Below are positions 19,653-20,946 of a DNA stretch of 20,946 nt, piece after piece. A model generated the notes under the pieces. It was not told the DNA's origin. It saw only the letters and a program-made list of their open reading frames with translations, and searched no databases. The DNA lies in assembly GCF_006345805.1 (NCBI RefSeq), contig NW_021823796.1, positions 1 through 20,946 of the forward strand. The letters run 5' to 3'. How positions within the stretch are numbered: position 1 is the stretch's first letter; each line of letters opens with the position of its first letter. The position numbers and the translations under genes are program-made. The DNA is from Octopus sinensis (taxonomy: Eukaryota).

Positions 19653-20085
19653 AGGAGTGGCTGTGTGGTAAGTAGCTTGCTAACAACACAGTTCCGGGTT
19701 TCAGTCAGTCCCACTCCGTGGTATCTTGGCAAGTGTCTTCTGCTATAGCCCCGGGCCGACCAATGCCTTGTGAGTAGATTTGGTAGACGGAAACTGAAAG
19801 AAGGACCTGTCGTATATGTATATATATATATGTATGTGTGTGTATGTGTGTGTTGTGTGTTGTGGTGGTGTGTTGGGTGTGTGTTGTCTGTGTTTGTCCC
19901 CCTAGCATTGCTTGACAACCGATGGTGGTGTGTTTACGTCCCGTCACTTAGCGGTTCGGCAAAAAGAAACCGATAGAATAAGTACTGGGCTTACAAAGAA
20001 TAAGTCCCGGGGTTGATTTGCTCGACTAAAGGCGGTGCTCCAGCATGGCCGCAGTCAAATGACTGAAACAAGTAAAAGAGAAAAA
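19653..20085 (+). mobile_element. tRNA-derived SINE family 2, near full length
   Basis: Colinear with 17844-18270 from AGGAGTGGCTGTGTGGTAAG to GAAACAAGTAAAAGAG. Confidence 0.93.
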
Positions 20086-20439
20086 AGAGAGAGAACGCGA
20101 AACACTACAACATTCATCTTTAAACCTCATCGAGTAAAGAAGAATAATGGGGCAACGAATGCGTATGTATATGTTTGTGAGAGTAAACATGTCCGTGTAA
20201 GTATGCAAGTAATATAAGTGTACGTATGCGCACGTATATATATGTATGTATGTATGTATGTATATACACACATATATATAAGTAACCCTGTGTCTGTAAG
20301 CGTTTATGTGTGTCTACGTATGTGTGTGCGTGTGTGTATGTACGTATTAATGACTTAAGTCACGATCAAATGCTCGCTCCCTGGAGATGAGAATGTACAA
20401 TCAATACATCTGATCTTTTACATAACATTGTTATTACAC

Positions 20440-20880
20440 CACCACCACCACCACCACCACAATCATCGTCGCCGTCGTCGCCATCATCGTCATCACCGTT
20501 AGCATCACCGACTTCATCGTCAGTAGCACCACCACCAAAATCATCACCGTCGTGACCATCATCACCATCATCATCATAATCATCATCATCATCATCATCA
20601 TCATCAATCGTCATCGTCATCATCATCATCATCATCATTATGATTATTTCCCTTTTCCTCCTCCCTTTTTCATCATTCTCGTCGTCGTCGCCGTCTTCGT
20701 CGTAATCATCAATATCATCATCATCATCATCACCATCATTTATATCGAAATAACTTTATTCGCATCAGCGTATGATCATCAACATCACGATTGCCATCAC
20801 GATCATTATCATCATTATCATCACCCTCCTCCTCATCATCATCATCATTATCAACATACTCGTCACAACCACCATTATCA
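20440..20880. repeat. Degenerate (CAT/CAC/CGT)n triplet low-complexity tract
   Basis: Runs of CAC, CAT and CGT triplets. Confidence 0.9.
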
Positions 20881-20946
20881 AGATTAGTATTAGCTGTACT
20901 AATAAGTATTACTACTAGTAGTGGCAGGGTGAGGAGGAAGGGAAAG

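Noticed and set aside
5605-19700. tRNA genes at A-box and B-box motifs
   Set aside because: None forms a complete cloverleaf; all continue into SINE bodies or are truncated heads.
20366-20887. Asp/Gly-rich and His/Ile-rich ORFs
   Set aside because: They are products of a CAT/CAC triplet tract with no unique domain or convincing splice context.

Overview
AT-rich eukaryotic genomic DNA, very dense in microsatellites. It is most likely from Octopus or a related cephalopod, inferred from my recognition of the SINE families and the repeat landscape, not from a database search. No complete, nameable protein-coding gene is visible, and nearly all long ORFs in the track are read-through of (AT)n, (ATAC)n, (GT)n or (GGT)n arrays. 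Well-supported content: at least three tRNA-derived SINE families (about 15 copies or fragments), a 5'-truncated CR1-clade LINE 3' end, two tandem non-autonomous Helitrons with canonical termini, a 22-bp and a ~72-bp minisatellite, and a tandemly triplicated unit at ~9.8-15.9 kb. Each copy of that unit carries a unique ~245-bp GC-balanced block fused to a degenerate (GGT)n array of about 60 bp, 460 bp or 3.2 kb. On the minus strand, the three-copy consensus is one ORF from a conserved ATG into a poly-Thr tract, suggesting a cluster of mucin-like genes or pseudogenes; this is the most interesting object in the window. Several short unique islands look like candidate spliced exons, but I could not assemble or name a gene from them.
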